A stretch of 64,000 nucleotides of DNA from a virus (Duplodnaviria > Caudoviricetes). Under the pieces are notes generated by a model. That model was not told where the DNA came from, did not search any database, and was given only the letters and a program-made list of their open reading frames with translations. The position numbers and the translations under genes are program-made. Of the stretch, positions 59,005-64,000 are shown piece after piece; the stretch's first letter is position 1; the number at the start of each line of letters is the position of its first letter. Location of the stretch: positions 32,001 to 96,000 of the IMG/VR virus record IMGVR_UViG_3300046615_000208. One strand, given 5' to 3'.

Positions 59005-60953
59005 TTACAAAAAACGCTTACCGTATCCGTTTGCTTCCCGCTTACGGATGCGGTAAGCTTGTTTTATCAGCCCAACCGATCCGAAAGGCACACAATGCAA
59101 ACCGACACACCGTCACCGTTCACCGTAGTAGGTGCCGCCGTATACGATGCGGCTACGGATACATTGGAGGAACCGAACCGATGGGAGTCAGCCGGTAAGC
59201 TTCCCGCCGACCGTGCCCTCCACGTCACGCACGAGTACCGGGACACGCTGTGAACCAGAAACAGCGGGACGAGTTCTGGAAGGATGCGGCAGAGTATACC
59301 GGAGCGATACCGTACTACCGTTTCCACGACGAGTGGTATTACCTTGTCACCGATAGCGGATACACGCCGGTAGACGAGTACACGCTACGGGAGGCGCTGG
59401 ACCTGTTCCACGACGTTACGGACGGCGAGAACTGCGCCGTCTACCTCTACCGTGGCGGTGACCATCTGGCCACCTACAACGGCGGACAGTCCGATCCGGA
59501 GGGTGAAACCACCTACCACGTTACAAAAAGCGCATTGCCGGAATGGCTTGCGGCGCTGGCCGGAAGAGTGTAGGCTGTAGGTATGAGGATAGGAAAAGCC
59601 ATCCTGAAGGAACGGATCGAAACCAAGATCGAAGAGTACCGTGAGTCTAGGGTACAGAACTATGATCCCTATCTGGATGGCATCATGGACGGTCTGGAAT
59701 TGGCTCTCGATATTCTCGAAGAGTCCTGACTACTGAGAGGTAACACCATGTTCAAGAAAAGCAAGATCACCATCTGGACTGACGGACGGTTCGCACGCAC
59801 GGAGTTGGGCGAGTTGGAAAGCGTGGAGGACGTACAGTCCGACATGACGCATGACCGCCAGTCGCATGCCATGTACCCGTCTACTCTCGCCATCGAAGAG
59901 ACCGCTACCACTCTCGTTGTGGTCAAGGAGTCCGGGACGGTTCACGTCTACAACTGGTCCAAGGACTAGTTACAAAACACGCTTAGCATCCATCTTGCAT
60001 CTGGTGCGGATGGGTGCTAAGCTTGTGTTAACAGCCAATCGAAAGGGCATCCAATGATCCGTCCAGTCGCACCGTCCGTTCCCGCAGACTCCACCAAGCC
60101 GGAAGACATCAAGGCATGGGACGACTACTACGCCGCTTGCGAAACCTATGCGGACATGTTGAAGCCTTGCATGGATCGTAGTTGGGATGGCGGCTGGTAG
60201 TTACAAAAAGCGCATCACCGCTAGGTTTGACAGCCTAGCGGTGATGCCGTAAGCTTTAGTTATCAGCCAAACCAACCGGGAGGAAAAGAAATGATGCAGT
60301 TCTCGAAAACCACCATCCAATCCGCAGCCGATGACGTAGCACGATCCGCAGACATTGAACTGGTGTTCAACCAGTCCGACCTTTTCGTGATCGCGGATAG
60401 CTCGGAAGCGATCAACGAGTTTGAGACGCGTCTCGCGGCTCACACGGTAGTCTGGGAGGGTCCGACCGCCTTGGACGCCGCAGGCATGTTGCGGACGCTT
60501 ACGGACTTGCAGGGCGAGCGTGCCGAGTTCCGTCCCCGCCACACCGAGGGGTGGCAAGCCCGATACAACATCGTGGCCCGGTAGTTACAAAAGACGCATA
60601 GCGGATCGCCTTGACAGGTGGTCCGCTGTGCCATAGACTGGAGTCACCAACAAGCCAAGGAGGCCACAATGTCTTTCCCGTTCACAGCAACCGCCGTAAC
60701 AACCGTCATCATGGGTGACAACATACCCGCCCACGACGAGACGCTAGACCTTGCCGAGACCATCGGCCAAAAGCTGGACGAGTTCCGCGAGTACATCACC
60801 AGCGTACGGGACGCGGAACAGGCCCACGATGCGGTAAAGGAACTCCTAGCGGCTCTGCTGGAAGAGGCCAGCAAGTAGTTACAAAACACGCATAGCGGTC
60901 CCAGTTGACACTGGGGCCGCAGGTGTGTATACTGGTAGTAGATGGTAAGCCAT

Positions 60954-61026
60954 TGATATCGGCCCTGTAGCGGGGTCGGGGGGAAGGCCCACCCTAAACG
61001 CGTTTCGGCCCATTATTTTTGGGGTC
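60954..61026 (+). ncRNA. Structured non-coding element, copy A
   Basis: Downstream of TTGACA 60905/TATACT 60928, no plausible ORF; homologous to 63269-63327(-). Confidence 0.5.
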
Positions 61027-61215
61027 TCCCGGTGACCCTGCCCCGCTCCTTTGCGGCTCCGCTTCATACCTTGATTCTTTCACATTTTTGCGCCGGATGC
61101 AAGTCCGGAGCGTTACAAGAAACGCATTGTGATTTGGGTTTGCATGTGGCGTACGTATGCCGTAGAGTATTCATATCGGGTTCATCCGGAACCCCTCAAG
61201 CCTTGGAGGTCTCCC

Positions 61216-61845
61216 GTGGGCGCACCCCGTATCGGTAACGTTCTGAACGTTCCCACTAAGCGTGTTTATGCCGCTAACCCTAACTCGGCCCGTATCGTGG
61301 ACGTATGGCGGCAGGCTACCGTCTCTGAGCTTGTGGAGGGTATGGAATGGTACAAAGACGCGCACGCGCTCGCCGTCCGTCTCTCCCCTGCTGATCCGGC
61401 GCAGGCCGCTGGCGTTATCGCCGCGCTGTCTCCCATGATGGCATGGGGACAGAATGTCAATCTCGCCGTACGTGCCTATGCGGACGGTAAAGCATCCGGT
61501 GCGCTCTTTAGCAACGTTGCTAAAGCCAACCGTATCCTGTCCGGTGAGCGTCCGGAGGACGTACTGGGCGGCGATAAAGTACGCGCATTCTATGGCGTGA
61601 TCGCTAACCCTACGTCGGATGCGGTTGTCGTTGACCGGCACGCGTTTGACATCGCTGTAGGCCGCGTGACTAACAATGAGACGCGGCAGGCACTGGGCCG
61701 TAAGGGTGTCTATGAATCATTCGCTAGCGCCTATGTGCGGGCAGCTAAGACCATTGCACGTGAGACTGGCATGGATGTATCCGCCAGTCAGGTGCAGGCC
61801 GTTACGTGGACGGTATGGCGCAGGCTCAAGGGACTGGCCGAGTAG
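61216..61845 (+). CDS. Phage protein with HhH-GPD/EndoIII-like motif
   Basis: GGAGG RBS + GTG 61216; EWY, IAALSP..W..N, GDKVRAF, VVVDRH, QVQAVTW. Confidence 0.5.
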   Translation: MGAPRIGNVLNVPTKRVYAANPNSARIVDVWRQATVSELVEGMEWYKDAHALAVRLSPADPAQAAGVIAALSPMMAWGQNVNLAVRAYADGKASGALFSNVAKANRILSGERPEDVLGGDKVRAFYGVIANPTSDAVVVDRHAFDIAVGRVTNNETRQALGRKGVYESFASAYVRAAKTIARETGMDVSASQVQAVTWTVWRRLKGLAE

Positions 61846-61940
61846 TTACAAGAAACGCATAGGCGGCAGGACTAGACACCCTGCCGCTTATGCCATAGAC
61901 TTTATTCATCGGAACAATCCGAATCACTTAGGAGGCCACC

Positions 61941-62300
61941 ATGGCAAGCATCGCAGAAACTCTTCTCACTCGCACGGCACGCGACGGCGGCGTGACTGTC
62001 TCACTCGTTAGCGGCGACGTTGCCGCCCACACATCGGGCTTCTACGTCGGCGGACGCGTCACTGAGACGCTGGTGACGGACCCCTCAGACATCGGTGACT
62101 ACCTGTCTGCCGTCTCCACCATTACGCGGCGTGCTGGCGGCGTAGGCTACATCGGCGCATGGAAGAACCACGAAACGGGTATGGTGCACGTGGATGCATC
62201 GGATCACGTGGAAGACTTCGGTTCCGCCGTACGGATCGCGCAGGAGCGCGGCGAACTGGCGATTTGGGAGATCGCTGGCGGGACCGAATTCCGGCTCTAG
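61941..62300 (+). CDS. Hypothetical protein (cassette cargo)
   Basis: AGGAGG RBS; TAG stop fused to motif copy 62300. Confidence 0.75.
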   Translation: MASIAETLLTRTARDGGVTVSLVSGDVAAHTSGFYVGGRVTETLVTDPSDIGDYLSAVSTITRRAGGVGYIGAWKNHETGMVHVDASDHVEDFGSAVRIAQERGELAIWEIAGGTEFRL

Positions 62301-63224
62301 TTACAAGAAACGCATAGCGGGTTGGCTTGCGGACGGTAAGCCAACCTGCTAATCTTGAACCATAAGCAAGGCCCAACAAACCAAAAGGGAGTTACAAAAT
62401 GCGCGTTGTAAAAGAAACTGCACTCATTGGGGAAGCCATGTTTTTTCTGGCCGCTCGCTCCAAGGCTGTCGGCGGCGTTACGGCAGGCGTGGAGTCTGCC
62501 AGTAACGACAAGGTACCGGCCAAATTCCACGGCGAGTACGTGGTGACGGGCAACGGCGGACGTTGGGAGTGTACCAACCTTGTTCGGGCCGTGGTGACGC
62601 TTAGGAGCGTCCGGAATGCCGAGAACCTGTGGCAGATCAAGGACGGCAAGCGGACGCGTCTGGCGTACAGCTAGCGGTTACAAAAAACGCATACGGGCAG
62701 GACTAGACACCCTGCCCGTATGCGGGTAAGCTTGGACCATACCAACCGAAAGGAACACAATGAAAGACTTTTCTGAGCTTATGGTTGCAGTTCTTGCCAT
62801 ATTCCCCGAAGCTACGGTGGAACAGGATCGATACGGGCAGATAGTGATCCACACTAACCTTACCGAAGACGGTAAGGGTGGTTTCGCACCGTTTCAGGTA
62901 CTGGAAGAGTACGGCGACTAACTACAAAAAACGCTTAGGGATAGGACTTGCATCTAGCGGTCCCATCCCCTAGAATTGAAGTATCAGCCAAACAACGGGA
63001 GAGGAACCCAAAATGGATTGGATCACTGTAACACCGGCTTACGGACGCGACTACAAGAACCAGAAGGACGCGGCGGCAGACTGGAACGCCAATCTCGATT
63101 TCCGCGAAACATCCACCGGCCAGTACACAAACAAGGCCGACTGCCAGCGGATGGGAAAGAAGGTCATCATCCGCTACGGGAAGCTCATGAAGACCATGCA
63201 GGCCCCAATGAAGTAGCCGACTTA

Positions 63225-63260
63225 CAAAAGACGCTTAGCCGAAAGGCTAAGCGTCTTTTG
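63225..63260. terminator. Bidirectional terminator built from two head-to-head motif copies
   Basis: CAAAAGACGCTTAGCC-GAAA-GGCTAAGCGTCTTTTG, perfect 16-bp stem. Confidence 0.8.
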
Positions 63261-63268
63261 CGTGTTGC

Positions 63269-63327
63269 GGCCTAAAAAATAAGGCCAGACTCGGCCTTCC
63301 CCGCCACCCGTCTCAGGGCGGCTATCA
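63269..63327 (-). ncRNA. Structured non-coding element (or 18-aa mini-ORF), copy B
   Basis: Downstream of minus-strand TTGCAT (63379-63374)/17 bp/TAAGCT (63356-63351); homologous to 60954-61026. Confidence 0.5.
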
Positions 63328-63624
63328 TGTGGGCCTTCCGGCTTAATACAAGCTTAGCACCTATCGGATGCGGATGCAAGCCTACAAAAAACGCATTGGG
63401 TGTTGCGGATGCGCTCGCATGCGTGTACGCTTAGGGTATGGCAACCCAACTAGACATGGTACAGCGTATGTTCGCTAATGGCGGCGTGACCTGTCCCATC
63501 AGTGGCGACAGGATCGCTACGGCTAAGTCTGACCCTCCCAAGCTGTCAGAGATAGTTGACTGGGAAGCGGATTCATACTACCGTGGAGTAGGGCAACCCA
63601 AAGAGACAGTTAGGAGCTAGGACA

Positions 63625-63909
63625 ATGGCAAACTACACGCGGACCCAGTTTACTCGACTCGGAGACTTCGGAGTCTCGGAGGAATGGCGTACGGAGACAC
63701 AGCCCAGCGCCACGCTGGCGTACGTGGATCACTACAACGGCGCTATCAGTACCGCGCAGGTTTTCGACCCCGCTACGGGTCACACGCGGACGTACCCGTT
63801 CCGTTCCAAGGATCGGGCAATGGCCATTGTGGAGCGTCACCTAGAACGCAATGGTTACAAAAAATGCGTAGAGTTCCGCGACTTGACAGGCAATGTCTCG
63901 GAGTACTAA
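63625..63909 (+). CDS. Hypothetical protein whose C-terminus reads through motif and next promoter
   Basis: GYKKCVEFRDLTGNVSEY* spans motif 63854 and TTGACA 63883. Confidence 0.7.
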   Translation: MANYTRTQFTRLGDFGVSEEWRTETQPSATLAYVDHYNGAISTAQVFDPATGHTRTYPFRSKDRAMAIVERHLERNGYKKCVEFRDLTGNVSEY

Positions 63910-64000
63910 GCTCTAAGTGACAACCACCTAGGAGGCGGACCATGGCACGCAAACCACGCGCTAGCGAAGTAGCTACAAGAAACGCATTCTTGGATTATTT

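Larger units (their letters stand above)
48672..63987 (+). repeat. Dispersed array of a co-oriented 16-18 bp motif (TA)GTTACAARAAACGCWTAG
   Basis: Copies start at 48672, 49390, 50276, 52918, 55269, 56222, 56391, 56636, 57056, 57255, 57493, 57976, 58598, 59004, 59520, 59969, 60200, 60584, 60878, 61112, 61845, 62300, 62391 (degenerate), 62677, 62921, 63221, 63381, 63854, 63972. Confidence 0.95.

Noticed and set aside
60879-61067. 62-aa minus-strand CDS
   Set aside because: Leaderless geometry exists, but the -10 is non-consensus and the ORF runs through a + promoter and motif; more likely antisense, so not called as a CDS
55269-63987. Repeat array as CRISPR
   Set aside because: Repeats are only 16-18 bp and degenerate, separated by ~90-950 bp of promoters and ORFs; no cas genes
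48672-63987. Classical integron attC array
   Set aside because: GTTACAA does not fit GTTRRRY, there is no consistent RYYYAAC partner or attC fold, and no tyrosine integrase is in the window; only the architecture is analogous
48672-63987. TAG recoding/readthrough, since many genes end in TAG
   Set aside because: Conserved enzymes are full length in the standard code, and the TAGs are followed by promoters and RBSs

Overview
A 64-kb segment of a large, apparently lytic actinobacteriophage (WhiB, PIN-PhoH, SigA-type promoters with many leaderless starts; no integrase, structural, tRNA or CRISPR genes seen). 0-12 kb holds RNA and DNA metabolism genes: CCA/poly(A)-type nucleotidyltransferase, PIN-PhoH, RlaP-like NTase, BCS1-like AAA ATPase, WhiB-Zn ribbon, DinG helicase, RepB-type primase, HNH and a D5/SF3 helicase. 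A lone minus-strand terminase large subunit sits at 13.7-15.2 kb, with a probable small subunit 39 kb away at 54.3 kb. 15.5-64 kb is a dense run of short plus-strand genes with SprT, HslV-like protease, a stand-alone ligase-Ia domain, >20 SH3/KOW/Tudor-like proteins and a membrane microprotein cluster, plus a ~750-bp repeat-rich non-coding origin candidate at 42 kb. The most striking structure is an array of ~30 co-oriented copies of a 16-18-bp asymmetric motif (TA)GTTACAARAAACGCWTAG, mostly at 48.7-64 kb. It usually supplies the stop codon of one small gene and sits a fixed 26-29 bp upstream of the -35 box of the next gene's promoter, which often lies in a hairpin loop, giving one-gene cassette-like transcription units. 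Two homologous structured non-coding elements in inverted orientation lie inside the array. Coordinates were counted by hand; protein calls come from motif recognition, not database searches.
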